From the NCBI GenBank assembly GCA_965279565.1, contig OZ257249.1:1040496-1104495 (forward strand): a DNA stretch of 64,000 bases, read 5' to 3'. The notes below the pieces were generated by a model. That model saw only the letters and a list, made by a program, of their open reading frames with translations. It made no database searches and was not told where the DNA came from. Below, in pieces: positions 10,438 to 20,988 of the stretch. Source of the DNA: Tagaea sp. GTDB lineage: Bacteria > Pseudomonadota > Alphaproteobacteria > CACIAM-22H2. Both the position numbers and the translations under genes were made by a program. The stretch's first letter is position 1, and the number at the start of each line of letters is the position of its first letter.

Positions 10438-11315
10438 AGCCCGTCGTCGGCACGCTCGCCATCATCGGCTTCGGGCTGATCGGCTCGTCGGTCGCGCGCG
10501 CCGCGCGCAAGAGCGGGGCCGTCCGCCGCATCGTCGCGTGCGACGCGAGTGCGGCGGCACGCCGCGCCATCAAGCGCCTGCGCCTTGCCGACGCCGTCGT
10601 CGCGAGCCCGGCCGAAGCGGCCGCCGGCGCCGACGTCGTGATGATCTGCACGCCGATGTCGGCCTATGCGCGCGTGGCGCGCGCGATCGGCCCGAAGATG
10701 AAGCCGGGCGCCGTCCTGACCGACGCCGGTTCGGTCAAGCGCGCGGCGATCGACGATCTCGCACCCTACCTGCCCAGGGGCGTGCATCTCGTTCCCGCCC
10801 ATCCGATCGCGGGCACCGAGAATTCGGGGCCCGAATCGGGCTTCGCGGAACTCTTCGACGGCCGCTGGTGCATCGTCACGCCGCTGGCGCGCACGCCCAA
10901 GGCGGCCTCGGCGAAGGTCGAGAAGCTGTGGAAGCGCATGGGCAGCCGCGTGACGCGTATGACGCCGCAGCACCACGACCGCGTGCTGGCGATCACGAGC
11001 CACGTGCCGCACCTGATCGCCTACACGATCGTCAACACCGCGAGCGACCTCGAATCGACGCTGCGCACCGAAGTGATCCGCTACTCGGCGTCGGGCTTCC
11101 GCGATTTCACGCGCGTGGCGGCTTCCCATCCGGTGATGTGGCGCGACATCTTCCTCGCCAACAAGGACGCGGTGCTCGAGATGCTCGGCCGTCTCTACGA
11201 GGACATCGCGCTGATGCAGAAGGCGATCCGCCACGACGAGGGCGACACGCTCGAACGCCTGTTTACGAGGGCCCGCCGCATCCGGCGCGGCGTCGTGGCC
11301 GCCAAACAGGACTGA
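10434..11315 (+). CDS. tyrC: Prephenate/arogenate dehydrogenase (TyrA/TyrC), GTG start overlapping the hisC stop.
   Basis: Rossmann motif IIGFGLIGSS and the prephenate dehydrogenase signature AHPIAGTE..SGPESGFAELFDGRWCIVTP. Confidence 0.8.
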   Translation: MKPVVGTLAIIGFGLIGSSVARAARKSGAVRRIVACDASAAARRAIKRLRLADAVVASPAEAAAGADVVMICTPMSAYARVARAIGPKMKPGAVLTDAGSVKRAAIDDLAPYLPRGVHLVPAHPIAGTENSGPESGFAELFDGRWCIVTPLARTPKAASAKVEKLWKRMGSRVTRMTPQHHDRVLAITSHVPHLIAYTIVNTASDLESTLRTEVIRYSASGFRDFTRVAASHPVMWRDIFLANKDAVLEMLGRLYEDIALMQKAIRHDEGDTLERLFTRARRIRRGVVAAKQD

Positions 11316-11438
11316 TTCCATTTAGCGAATCTCGATTGCGGCGCGCATGTGGCACGCGCGCCGGACAACTCCCCATTCTGGTCACATTCCTCCGGCACCA
11401 AGGGTCCCGCCCGTGGACCCCCGACCCCGGAGGCAATC

Positions 11439-12158
11439 ATGGATGCCACGCGTCACGACGCGTTCTTCCTCGACCTCGACGGAACGCTGATCGAAACTGC
11501 CTCGACGCCGGACGACGCCCGTGCCGACGCGCGCGTGCGCGGCGTGCTTCGCCAGCTCTGGGCCGCAACCGGCGGCGCAATGATGATCGTCAGCGGCCGC
11601 CCGATCGCGAAGGTGGACGAACTGCTGGGGATGCAGCTGCCGGTCGCCGGCCAGCACGGCGCCGAGATCCGCTTCCTCAATCCGAACTTCGACGACGTGC
11701 GCCTCGGCCTGCCCGACTACCGGCTGGTCGTCGCCGACTGCGTGGAACTGGCGATGCGCTGCGGCAACGCGATGGTCGAGGCCAAGAATCCGACCGTCGC
11801 GCTGCATCTACCGCGCCTCCATCCGGATTTCCCCGCACTCGTCGAGGGCATGCGCGCCATCGCGGAGGAATCGGATGGACGGCTCGCCTGTATCGTCGCG
11901 CACAACGTCGCCGAACTGCGGCCAGCCGATATCGACAAGGGAAAGGTGCTTGCTGGTGCCGCACTGTTCGAACCGTTCCTGGGTCGCCGACCGATCTTCG
12001 TCGGCAACGACACGCCCGATATCGACGGCTTCCGCGCCGCCGAAATGCTTGGCGGATTCGGCGTTTCGGTCGGCATCACGCGCGCCGGCGCGCGCTACCG
12101 GCTGGATTCGCCCGCTACGCTGCTCGACGCGCTCGAAGCCGTCGCGGAGGCCGCGTGA
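11439..12158 (+). CDS. otsB: Trehalose-6-phosphate phosphatase.
   Basis: HAD motif I FFLDLDGTLIE, then MIVSGRP and GNDTPDIDGF, typical of OtsB. GGAGG lies 7 nt upstream of the ATG. Confidence 0.8.
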   Translation: MDATRHDAFFLDLDGTLIETASTPDDARADARVRGVLRQLWAATGGAMMIVSGRPIAKVDELLGMQLPVAGQHGAEIRFLNPNFDDVRLGLPDYRLVVADCVELAMRCGNAMVEAKNPTVALHLPRLHPDFPALVEGMRAIAEESDGRLACIVAHNVAELRPADIDKGKVLAGAALFEPFLGRRPIFVGNDTPDIDGFRAAEMLGGFGVSVGITRAGARYRLDSPATLLDALEAVAEAA

Positions 12159-13966
12159 TCGCGGGGCGCGGGGGCGGATCGCTCGATCTCGGCGTGGTCG
12201 GCAACTCGCAGATCGCCGCCCTCGTCGATCGCGCGGGGCGCGTGGTGTGGATGTGCCATCCGCGTCTCGATTCCGACCCGGCGTTCGGCGCGCTCGTCGA
12301 CGCTGATTCCGACGATGGTGCCTGGGCGTTCGAGATCGTCGACAGCACGGCGAGCGAGCAGCGCTACGTGCGCAACACGGCGGTTCTCGAGACCGTCGTG
12401 CACGATCTGCGCGGGGCCGCGGTCCGGATCGTCGATTTCTGCCCGCGGTTCAAGCGCCACGGCAGGACCTTCCGCCCGCCGATCCTCGTCCGCAGGCTGG
12501 AGCCGCTGTGCGGCGCGCCGCGCGTGCGCGTGCGCATCCGGCCGCGGGGCCTGCGCGGCGACGGAGCGCCGGCCGTGGCGCAGGGCAGCCACCACATCCG
12601 CTACGGCTTCCCGACTGGCGCGATCCGCGTGACGACCGATGCGCCGCTCGCCTACGTGCACGACGAGACGGCGTTTGCACTCGACCGCCCGTTCAACTTC
12701 GTGCTCAGCGGCGACGAGCCGCTCGCGGAAGCGCCCGACCAGCTCGTCACCTGGTGGCTCGCGGAAACCCACGCCTACTGGCTCGAATGGGTCCGCTATC
12801 TCTCGCTGCCGTTCGAATGGCAGCAGCCCGTCCTGCGGGCGGCGATCACGCTGAAGCTGTGCCAGTTCGAAGATACCGGTGCCTTGGTCGCCGCACTGAC
12901 CACGTCGATTCCCGAGGCGCCGGGGAGCTTGCGCAACTGGGACTACCGCTTCTGCTGGCTGCGCGACGCGTTCCACGTCATCTACGCGCTCAACCAGCTC
13001 GGCGCCACGCGCACCATGGAGGAGTTCATCGTCTTCGCCGCCGACGTCGCGACCGCGGCGCAGGCCGGCGAACTGCGTCCGCTCTATCCGATCGCGCGCA
13101 CGCCGCCGTCGGCGGAGGTCGAGATCGCCGACGCGCGCGGCTACCGGTCTAACCGGCCGGTGCGCTTCGGCAATTCGGCGATCGACCAGGTGCAGAACGA
13201 CGTCTACGGCTCCGTCGTCGTCGGTGCGGCACAGATGTTCTTCGACGAGCGGCTTCCCGCGATGGGCGGCAGCGCGCTCTACGAACGGCTCGTGCCGCTC
13301 GGCGTGCACGCGCGCGCCGTGGCGCTCTCGCCCGATGCGGGCATCTGGGAATATCGCGGCAGGACCGGCATCCACACGCATTCGGCCGTCATGTCGTGGG
13401 GTGCGCTCGACCGGCTTTCGCGCATCGCGGCACGGCTCGGCCGGCCGGTCGAATCCGCCGCGTGGCGGCGCGACGCCGACGCACTGCATGCCGAAATCAC
13501 GGCGCGCGCATGGGACGATGGCCGCAAGGCCTTCGTCGGCACGCTCGACGGCGGCGAGATGGACGGCAGCGTGCTGATCATGCCGATGGTCGGCTTCCTT
13601 TCCGGAAGCGACCCGCGCTTCCTTTCCACGCTCGATGCGGTCGGGCGCGAACTCGATTCCGGCGGATTCATCGCGCGCTACGCGCATGCCGACGATTTCG
13701 GGCGCCCCGAAACGGCCTTCGTCGTCTGTTCGCTCTGGTACGCCGAGGCGCTTGCGGCCGCCGGCCGCGTCGCCCAGGGGCGCGCCGTATTCGAGCGGGT
13801 GCTCGCCCGCACCAACCATCTCGGCCTGCTGTCCGAGGATATCGACCCCGCCAGCGGCGAGCTGTGGGGAAACTTCCCGCAAACCTACTGCATGGCCGGG
13901 CTGGTCAGCGCCGCGATGCGCCTCAGCCGCGGTTGGAAGGAGGGCATATGGGACGCCTTGTCGTAG
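12155..13966 (+). CDS. Glycoside hydrolase family 15 protein (glucoamylase/trehalase-like), GTG start overlapping the otsB stop.
   Basis: About 600 aa with a GH15 (alpha/alpha)6 catalytic-domain pattern (NWDYRFCWLRDAFHVIYAL; WEYRGRTGIHTHSAVMSWGALD; ARYAHADDFGRPETAFVVCSLWYAEAL). It lies between otsB and otsA. Confidence 0.75.
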   Translation: MIAGRGGGSLDLGVVGNSQIAALVDRAGRVVWMCHPRLDSDPAFGALVDADSDDGAWAFEIVDSTASEQRYVRNTAVLETVVHDLRGAAVRIVDFCPRFKRHGRTFRPPILVRRLEPLCGAPRVRVRIRPRGLRGDGAPAVAQGSHHIRYGFPTGAIRVTTDAPLAYVHDETAFALDRPFNFVLSGDEPLAEAPDQLVTWWLAETHAYWLEWVRYLSLPFEWQQPVLRAAITLKLCQFEDTGALVAALTTSIPEAPGSLRNWDYRFCWLRDAFHVIYALNQLGATRTMEEFIVFAADVATAAQAGELRPLYPIARTPPSAEVEIADARGYRSNRPVRFGNSAIDQVQNDVYGSVVVGAAQMFFDERLPAMGGSALYERLVPLGVHARAVALSPDAGIWEYRGRTGIHTHSAVMSWGALDRLSRIAARLGRPVESAAWRRDADALHAEITARAWDDGRKAFVGTLDGGEMDGSVLIMPMVGFLSGSDPRFLSTLDAVGRELDSGGFIARYAHADDFGRPETAFVVCSLWYAEALAAAGRVAQGRAVFERVLARTNHLGLLSEDIDPASGELWGNFPQTYCMAGLVSAAMRLSRGWKEGIWDALS

Positions 13967-15324
13967 TTTCGAACCGCATTCCGGTCGCCAATGCCCGCGT
14001 GGGCAGCACGGGCGGCCTCGCCGTGGCGCTGTCGGACGTGCTCGCGCGTCGCGAATCGCTGTGGATCGGCTGGAACGGCGCGGTCGCCGAGGCGCCGGGC
14101 GACGTCACGCACCGGCGCGTGCGGCGCACCGAGATCGTCGGCTTCGGCCTCACGCCGCAGCTCCATGCCGGGTTCTACACGGGCTTCGCCAACGGCGCGC
14201 TGTGGCCGCTGTTCCACTACCGGCTCGGCTTCGTCGACTACAGGCGCGACGACTATCAGGCGTATCTGGCGACGAACGCGCAGATAGCCGAACTCGTCCG
14301 GCGGAACCTGCGACCCGACGACACGCTGTGGGTCCACGACTTCCACCTGATCCCGCTGGCGCGCGAGTTGCGCCGGCTCGGCGTGACGCAGCCGATCGGC
14401 TTCTTCCTGCACATCCCGTTTCCGGCGGCCGAGTTCTTCCGCACCCTGCCCGTCCACCGCGATCTTGCCAACGCGCTCTCGCATTACGACCTGGTCGGAT
14501 TCCAGACGCAGACCTGCCGCCGGCAGTTCGCGGACTATGCCGGCTCGGCCGATCCCGCTTTCGCCGAGATCGGCGGGCGACGCTTCGAGACCGGCGTCTT
14601 CCCGATCGGAATCGACACGCAGCGCTTCGCCGCCATTGCGGCCAGCGGCGACGGCAGCCCGGAATCGCAGCGGCTCGCCGACAGCGTCGGCGGCCGGGCG
14701 CTCGTGATCGGGGTGGACAGGCTCGACTACTCCAAGGGCCTGCCCAACCGCATCGCGGGATACGGCGAGTTCCTCGCGCGCAGCCCCGAATGGCACGGCA
14801 AGGTGCAGTATCTCCAGATCGCGCCGATCTCCCGCGGCGACGTCTCGAACTACCGGGCGATGCGCCGCGAGCTCGACGGGCTGGCGGGCCGGCTCAACGG
14901 CAAATACGCCGAGTTCGACTGGACGCCGCTGCGCTATCTCAACCGCGGCTATCCGCGCAAATCGCTCGCCGGCTTCTACCGGCAGGCGCGCGCCGGGCTC
15001 GTCACGCCGCTGCGCGACGGCATGAACCTGGTCGCCAAGGAATTCGTCGCCGCCCAGCGCGCGGAGGATCCGGGCGTGCTCGTCCTGTCGGAATTCGCGG
15101 GGGCGGCGGCCGAGCTGGGCGGCGCCCTCAAGGTCAATCCCTATGACGTCGACGCGCTGGCCGACGCGATCGGCAAGGCGCTGTCGATGCCTCTCGACGA
15201 ACGCATATCCCGCTGGAAGGCGGATTTCGGGAGCATTTCGGCGAACACGGCATCGGCCTGGGCCGAGTCGTTCCTGTCCACGCTCGGCGCGACGCACGCG
15301 GCGCGCGTGCCTATCGCCGCCTGA
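13948..15324 (+). CDS. otsA: Trehalose-6-phosphate synthase (GT20).
   Basis: [45 protein letters not shown] is the canonical OtsA signature. Its start lies inside the GH15 3-prime end, a 19-nt overlap. Confidence 0.9.
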   Translation: MGRLVVVSNRIPVANARVGSTGGLAVALSDVLARRESLWIGWNGAVAEAPGDVTHRRVRRTEIVGFGLTPQLHAGFYTGFANGALWPLFHYRLGFVDYRRDDYQAYLATNAQIAELVRRNLRPDDTLWVHDFHLIPLARELRRLGVTQPIGFFLHIPFPAAEFFRTLPVHRDLANALSHYDLVGFQTQTCRRQFADYAGSADPAFAEIGGRRFETGVFPIGIDTQRFAAIAASGDGSPESQRLADSVGGRALVIGVDRLDYSKGLPNRIAGYGEFLARSPEWHGKVQYLQIAPISRGDVSNYRAMRRELDGLAGRLNGKYAEFDWTPLRYLNRGYPRKSLAGFYRQARAGLVTPLRDGMNLVAKEFVAAQRAEDPGVLVLSEFAGAAAELGGALKVNPYDVDALADAIGKALSMPLDERISRWKADFGSISANTASAWAESFLSTLGATHAARVPIAA

Positions 15325-16042
15325 AACGCAGCATCGTGGGCTTGCGGCCTTCGCGCCGCGCCTTGGCGGCATAGCGCGTTTCGATCGCGTCGGGCGGATA
15401 GAGGCGCCAGTCGTCGGCGGTGCGCGCCGTCCATTCGAACGCCGGATGCACCGGCACGCGTTCGAGCATCCACAGCAGATATGGCTCGTCGTCCGTCGCC
15501 ATGCGCAGCTCTCCACCGGGGACGAGCAGGCGCGCGGCCTCGTCGAGGAATGCCGCCTGGATGATCCGGCGCTTGTGGTGGCGCTGCTTGGGCCACGGAT
15601 CGGGGTGCAGCACGAACAGCTTCTCGAGCGACGCGTCGGCAAAGGCGGGCAGCAGGTCGCGCGCGTCGCCTTGGTAGAGGCGCACGTTCTTGAGGCCGAG
15701 CTTGCCGATATGCTGGAGGGCGGAGACCATGCCGTTCAGGAACGGCTCGGCGCCGATCAGCGCCACGTCGGGATTGTTCGCCGCCTGATGGGCGAGATGT
15801 TCGCCGCCGCCGAAGCCGATCTCGAGCCAGAGTGCGCGCGGCGCGAAGCCGAACAGGGCGGGAATGTCGAACCGCTCGCCCGGCGCGGGCTTCGCAACCG
15901 ACAGGGCCGGCAGCGCGCCCTCGACCAGCGTCTTCTGGTTCGGCTTGAGCTTGCGCCCGCGGCGCCTTCCGTAGGAATGGAGAAGGCGCCGGGGTTCGCC
16001 CGGCGCCTCGCCATTTCCGGTCTCGTGCGAAGGCGCGTTCAA
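15311..16042 (-). CDS. trmB: tRNA (guanine46-N7)-methyltransferase. The only in-frame start candidate is a TTG overlapping the metK stop.
   Basis: The C-terminal 240 aa of ORF 15311..17059 read [16 protein letters not shown]...[44 protein letters not shown], the TrmB family. The upstream part of the ORF is antisense to metK. Confidence 0.8.
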   Translation of the reverse strand: MNAPSHETGNGEAPGEPRRLLHSYGRRRGRKLKPNQKTLVEGALPALSVAKPAPGERFDIPALFGFAPRALWLEIGFGGGEHLAHQAANNPDVALIGAEPFLNGMVSALQHIGKLGLKNVRLYQGDARDLLPAFADASLEKLFVLHPDPWPKQRHHKRRIIQAAFLDEAARLLVPGGELRMATDDEPYLLWMLERVPVHPAFEWTARTADDWRLYPPDAIETRYAAKARREGRKPTMLRFRRR

Positions 16043-17253
16043 CGCGCGCCGAAGGCCGAGCGCAGTTCCTTGACCAGATCCGTGCGCTCCCACGAGAAGC
16101 CGCCATCCTTCTCCGGCTTGCGGCCGAAATGGCCGTAGCTGGAGGTGCGGCGGTAGATCGGCTTGTTGAGGCCCAGATGCTCGCGGATACCGCGCGGCGT
16201 CAGGTTGACGAGCTCCTGCAGCACCTTCGAGAGCTTGTTCTCGTCGGCCTGGCCGGTGTTGTCGGTGTTGACGTAGACCGACAGCGGCTTCGCCACGCCG
16301 ATGGCGTAGGAGAGCTGGATCGTGCAGCGGTCGGCGAGGCCGGCCGCGACAACGTTCTTGGCGAGATAGCGGGCCACGTAGGCCGCCGAACGGTCGACCT
16401 TCGTCGGGTCCTTGCCCGAGAACGCGCCGCCGCCGTGCGGCGAAGCGCCGCCGTAGGTGTCGACGATGATCTTGCGGCCCGTCAGGCCGCAATCGCCGTC
16501 CGGACCGCCGATGACGAAGTTGCCGGTCGGGTTCACGTAGAACTCGGTCTCCGGGATGCGCCAGCCCTTCGGGAGGACCTTCTGCACGTAGGGGCGGACG
16601 ATCTCGCGCACGTCGTCCTGGTCGACCTTGGGCGAATGCTGCGTCGACACGACGATCGCGGTCGCCTCGACCGGCTTGCCGTTCACGTAGCGCAGCGAGA
16701 CCTGGCTCTTCGCGTCGGGCTCGAGATACTTCTCCTTGCCCGAATGGCGCGCCTCGGCCATCAGCCTCAGGATGTTGTGCGAGTACTGGAGCGGGGCCGG
16801 CATCAGCTCTTCGGTCTCGTTCGTCGCGTAGCCGAACATGATGCCCTGGTCGCCCGCACCCTCGTCCTTGTTGCCCTTGGCGTCGACACCCATCGCGATG
16901 TCGGCGGACTGGCCGTGCAGCAGCACTTCGACCTTCGCCTTCTTCCAGTGGAAGCCCTTCTGCTCGTAGCCGATCTCGCGCACGGCGCCGCGCGCGAGCG
17001 CCTCGACGACCTTGGCGTTGACCTTGCCGCCCTTGAGCATCGGCGCCTTGGGCCCGCACTTGCGCGAATCGAGGCGGACTTCGCCGGCGATGACGATCCG
17101 GTTGGTCGTCACCAGCGTCTCGCAGGCGACGCGGGCATAGGGGTCGAGGCCCAGGAAGGCGTCGACGACCGCGTCGGAAATGCGGTCCGAGACCTTGTCG
17201 GGATGGCCTTCGGACACGGATTCGCTGGTGAAGACGTACTCGCCCTTGCGCAT
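16039..17253 (-). CDS. metK: S-adenosylmethionine synthetase.
   Basis: Internal Met begins [34 protein letters not shown], then [34 protein letters not shown], near-universal MetK motifs. GGAGG lies about 8 nt upstream of the ATG at 17253. Confidence 0.95.
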   Translation of the reverse strand: MRKGEYVFTSESVSEGHPDKVSDRISDAVVDAFLGLDPYARVACETLVTTNRIVIAGEVRLDSRKCGPKAPMLKGGKVNAKVVEALARGAVREIGYEQKGFHWKKAKVEVLLHGQSADIAMGVDAKGNKDEGAGDQGIMFGYATNETEELMPAPLQYSHNILRLMAEARHSGKEKYLEPDAKSQVSLRYVNGKPVEATAIVVSTQHSPKVDQDDVREIVRPYVQKVLPKGWRIPETEFYVNPTGNFVIGGPDGDCGLTGRKIIVDTYGGASPHGGGAFSGKDPTKVDRSAAYVARYLAKNVVAAGLADRCTIQLSYAIGVAKPLSVYVNTDNTGQADENKLSKVLQELVNLTPRGIREHLGLNKPIYRRTSSYGHFGRKPEKDGGFSWERTDLVKELRSAFGAR

Positions 17254-17435
17254 GGGCTTACCTCCGGGAATTGGACGTGGGATGGGGCGGGATGGGTGGG
17301 GCCGCCACAAGTGGACCTTCTCGAACGCGCCCGCCCGGCCCGCCATTCCCTTCGGCGGCCGGGTCAGGCCCGAATGCGGGGGTCTTGTGGCAAGGTTCGC
17401 CCCTGCCGTCAATATCGAAGGGGTAAAAGGGCCTT
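17254..17435 (-). promoter_or_regulatory. metK 5-prime leader, 182 nt, GC-rich and structured; a candidate SAM-responsive element.
   Basis: Long untranslated leader before metK with complementary segments CCACAAGACCCCC / CCACUUGUGGCGGCCCC. Alphaproteobacterial metK genes commonly carry SAM riboswitches. No class assigned by eye. Confidence 0.3.
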
Positions 17436-17960
17436 TTAGGACTTCTGCTTGGGTGGTCTGCCCCGCCGGGGCCGGGCGGTTGCCTCCGCCTGCCCGTGGA
17501 CGCGGGCGACGGCCCGTATCGTATTTACCATCTGCAGGCGGATCTTGCGCTCGGGGATCTCGTAATAGGCGCGCACCAGCTCGATCGTCTCGCGGCGCGC
17601 CATCGGGTCGGCGCGGTAGACGGGGATCGGCCCTTCAGCCACGCCCTGGATATGCTTTCGGCCGTAGGAGACGACGTCGGACGGCATCTCCTCGAAGAAG
17701 TACTGGACGCTCGTGTCGAGGACGCGGGCGGCCTCGAACAAACGCGAGGCCGACATGCGGTTCGTGCCGCGCTCGTTCTTCTGGATCTGCTGGAACGTCA
17801 CGCCGAGCAGCTGGCCGATCTCGTGCTGCGACAGACCGAGCATCGTGCGCCGCTCGCGCAGGCGCTTTCCGACATGGATGTCGATCGGGTTGGGGCCGGG
17901 CGATGCACGGCCTCGTTGTCCTCGGCGGCGCTGCGGCTTCGCCTTGTGCTTGTCAGCCAT
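17436..17960 (-). CDS. XRE-family helix-turn-helix transcriptional regulator.
   Basis: [15 protein letters not shown]...[54 protein letters not shown] has a classic Cro/C1 HTH. Conserved position between lnt and metK. Confidence 0.7.
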   Translation of the reverse strand: MADKHKAKPQRRRGQRGRASPGPNPIDIHVGKRLRERRTMLGLSQHEIGQLLGVTFQQIQKNERGTNRMSASRLFEAARVLDTSVQYFFEEMPSDVVSYGRKHIQGVAEGPIPVYRADPMARRETIELVRAYYEIPERKIRLQMVNTIRAVARVHGQAEATARPRRGRPPKQKS

Positions 17961-18061
17961 GGAGGGGGGATATCCGATCGAGCGAATTCGTTCAGTCTGA
18001 TTCGTTGTAGTCGAATCGCATGTGGTTGGGGAAGCTGCGATTGGCAAGACTGCATACTATA

Positions 18062-19633
18062 TTATGTAATGCCCCGCAGAATTCTCGCAAAAAAAGCGGC
18101 CGCAATCGCCAATAGCAGAATCACAAATGCTACGTTTCCAAGCTGTGCAAACGGGGTCGGCGCAATAGACCTCGGCAGGTCGCTGTCGAGCACGCCGGTT
18201 GCACCCAATGCCAGCGACGCAAACGGCCGTCCGTAAGGATCGACGACGGCGGAAATCCCGCCGCCGGCCGAGCGCACCAGGGCAAGCCCCTCCTCCACGG
18301 CGCGCAGACGCGCGGCCGCGAAATGCTGGTAGGGACCGGCGGACTCGCCGAACCATGAATCATTCGTGACGTTTAGGAGCATCTCGGCACGCCCGGCATC
18401 CGGAACGACGCGGCCGGGAAAAATGATCTCGTAGCAGATGAGCGGACTGGCGAGCGGCAGGCCGCGGATCGCCAGCAGCTGCGGGCCCGGCCCGGCGCTG
18501 AAATCGATCCCGCCGGGCACGATCCGGTCGATCGGCAGGATCTCGCGGAACGGCACGTACTCGCCGAACGGCACGAGATGGAACTTGTCGAAGGTCGCCT
18601 CGATCGTGCCGGCCCCGTCCATCGCGTGCAGCGAATTCCAGGCGCGCAGCGAACCGTCGGCCGCCCGCTCGAATCGCGGCGCGCCGGTGACGAGCATCCC
18701 GCCCGGCGGCACGGCCGCGGCGATCTGGGCGCGCCGGCGGGCCAGCACGTCGTTCTCGCCCCAGATCGGGAAGGCCGTGGCCGTCTCCGACCAGATCGTG
18801 TGGGTGCGTGTCTCGAAGCCCGGCTGGCGCGTGAGCTCGATCATGCGACGCAGGTTTTCCTCGCGCGCTTCCGGATCCCATTTCAGCGCCTGCGGCACGT
18901 TCGGCTGCACGAGGCGCAGCCGGACATCCGGAACCGTCCCGCTGTCCGCACCGGCAAGCCGATAGGCACCCGCCGCCCATCCGACGGCGACAAGCAGACT
19001 GGCGGCAGCCGTCGGCAGCCATCGCGCGCGCGTACCCGGTGCGGCCAGCGTCGCCGGCATCGCGCAGACCAGGACGGTCAGCGCCGAAAGCCCGTAGGCG
19101 CCGAACAGGGCCGCACCCTGGATCATCGGCGCGCTTTCGACCCAGAGCGTCGCCATCAGGTTCCACGGGAATCCGGTCAGCACATGGCCGCGCAGCCATT
19201 CGCCGAGCGACCATGCGATCGCCAGTGCCGCGACCGCACCGGTTGCGCGCATGCGGCTCGCATACACGGCGAGCGTGGCAAGGCCGGCGAAGACGCCGAG
19301 CAGCGCGCCGAGGCCGAAGACCGCGAACGGGATCATCCAGCCGACCCGCTGCCATTCGATCAGCAGCGCGTTGGCGACCCAGTAGAGCCCGAGCGAGAAA
19401 TGCCCGAAGCCGAACCACCAGCCGACGAGGAACGCGGCAAGTGCGGGCCGGTGCTTGTCGTCGCACGCGCCTTCGAGCAGCCAGACCAGCCCCGCGAAGC
19501 CGACGACCGCCAGCGGCAGAAGGTGTAGCGGCGGCAGGGCCAGTGCGGCACCCGCCCCGAGCAAAGCCGCAGCGATCGCCCGGCGGCGCCCGGCCAGCGC
19601 GCGCGTGCGCGCCGCGATTTCGGACAGGTCCAT
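18062..19633 (-). CDS. lnt: Apolipoprotein N-acyltransferase.
   Basis: 523 aa, N-terminal multi-TM region plus a C-terminal CN-hydrolase domain (LVQPNVPQALKWDP...LICYEIIFPG...NVTNDSWFG). Confidence 0.85.
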   Translation of the reverse strand: MDLSEIAARTRALAGRRRAIAAALLGAGAALALPPLHLLPLAVVGFAGLVWLLEGACDDKHRPALAAFLVGWWFGFGHFSLGLYWVANALLIEWQRVGWMIPFAVFGLGALLGVFAGLATLAVYASRMRATGAVAALAIAWSLGEWLRGHVLTGFPWNLMATLWVESAPMIQGAALFGAYGLSALTVLVCAMPATLAAPGTRARWLPTAAASLLVAVGWAAGAYRLAGADSGTVPDVRLRLVQPNVPQALKWDPEAREENLRRMIELTRQPGFETRTHTIWSETATAFPIWGENDVLARRRAQIAAAVPPGGMLVTGAPRFERAADGSLRAWNSLHAMDGAGTIEATFDKFHLVPFGEYVPFREILPIDRIVPGGIDFSAGPGPQLLAIRGLPLASPLICYEIIFPGRVVPDAGRAEMLLNVTNDSWFGESAGPYQHFAAARLRAVEEGLALVRSAGGGISAVVDPYGRPFASLALGATGVLDSDLPRSIAPTPFAQLGNVAFVILLLAIAAAFFARILRGIT

Positions 19634-19646
19634 CGCGCGCGTTCGC

Positions 19647-20537
19647 CTAGCCCGACGCGTCTTCGGCCGGGCGGCGCGGCTCGACCCGGCGCGCCTTGAG
19701 CTTCTTGAGCCGGCGCGGATCGGCGTCGATCACCTCGAACTCGCAGCCGGCCGGATGGGTGACGATCTCGCCGCGGCCGGGCACGCGGCCCGACAGCGCC
19801 ACGACCGCACCGCCGACCGTGTCGATGTCGGCGTCGCGCGCGTCGTCCTCCAGCGAGATGCCGGTCTGGGCGACGAATTCCTCGATCGGGACGCGCGCGT
19901 CGATCTGGAAGCTGCCGTCGGGAAGCTTCAGCAGGCGCGGACGGTCGTCGACGTCGTGCTCGTCCTCGATGTCGCCGACGATCGCCTCGACGACGTCCTC
20001 GATGGTCACGAGCCCGTCGATGCCGCCGTACTCGTCGACGACGAGGGCAAGGTGCGTGCGGCTCTTGCGCATCTCCAGCAGCAGGTCGAGCACGCGCATG
20101 GAGGGTGCGACGAACAGCACGCGGCGCAGGATGTCGGCGATCTGGAAGGGCGCGCCCGACTGCTGGATGCGCAGCACGTCCTTGACGTGGACGAAGCCCT
20201 GCACCTCGTCGAGCGTGCCGCGATAGACCGGCACGCGGCTGTGCGCCTCGCGCACGAGGAACGCGACGAGCGCTTCCAGCCCGATCTCCTGGTCGATGGC
20301 GACGATGTCGGCGCGCGGCACCATCACGTCGGCGGCGGACACTTCGCGAAGGCGAAGGACGTTCGCGAGGATCGCGCGCTCGGCCGCACCCATCGGCTCG
20401 GCGGGCGCTTCGCCTTCCTCGATGATCTCCTCGATCGTGTCGCGCAGCTGTTCTTCCGCCGCACGGCCCTTGGGCCGCAGCATGTCGCGCAGGCGGCCGC
20501 GCAGCTTGTCGGTGAAGGTCGATTCCGAATCGTTCAT
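19647..20537 (-). CDS. corC: CBS-domain CorC/TlyC-family protein (hemolysin-like, Mg/Co efflux associated).
   Basis: MNDSESTFTDK..., tandem CBS domains, a CorC_HlyC C-terminal domain (GSFQIDARVPIEEFVAQTGISLED..DTVGGAVVALSGRVPGRGE). ATGA overlap with ybeY. Confidence 0.8.
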   Translation of the reverse strand: MNDSESTFTDKLRGRLRDMLRPKGRAAEEQLRDTIEEIIEEGEAPAEPMGAAERAILANVLRLREVSAADVMVPRADIVAIDQEIGLEALVAFLVREAHSRVPVYRGTLDEVQGFVHVKDVLRIQQSGAPFQIADILRRVLFVAPSMRVLDLLLEMRKSRTHLALVVDEYGGIDGLVTIEDVVEAIVGDIEDEHDVDDRPRLLKLPDGSFQIDARVPIEEFVAQTGISLEDDARDADIDTVGGAVVALSGRVPGRGEIVTHPAGCEFEVIDADPRRLKKLKARRVEPRRPAEDASG

Positions 20538-20988
20538 GCGGCACCCCGCACGCGATAGGGATCGGACACGCCGAGCCGGCGCAGCACGCGCCGTTCGCGC
20601 GCTTCCATGGCGAAGGCGTCCGAGTCGGTCTCGTGGTCGAACCCCAGCAGATGCAGCGTGCCGTGCACGACGAGATGGCGCACATGCGCGTCCAGCTCCT
20701 TGCGCTGCGCATGCGCCTCGCGCGCGCACGTCTCGAAGGCCAGCGCCACGTCGCCGAGCTCGCCGTCGCCCGAACCGGGGAACGACAGCACGTTGGTCGG
20801 CTTGTCCTTGCCCCGGAAGTCGTGGTTGAGCCGGCGCAGCAGCGCGTCGTCGCCCAGCGCGAAGGTGACGGTGCCCGCGGTGCGGGACCCGTCGAGTGCG
20901 GCGCGCGCGCCGCGGCGCACGAGCGCTTCGGCCTGGCGCAGGTTGCGCCGCCAGCGCGGATCGAGGATGTCGATTCGGATGTTCGCGT

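Noticed and set aside
12095-13882. A 595-aa minus-strand ORF inside the otsB/GH15 region.
   Set aside because: It is antisense to the GH15 gene and R/A/G-rich with no motifs. The plus-strand product has clear GH15 signatures.
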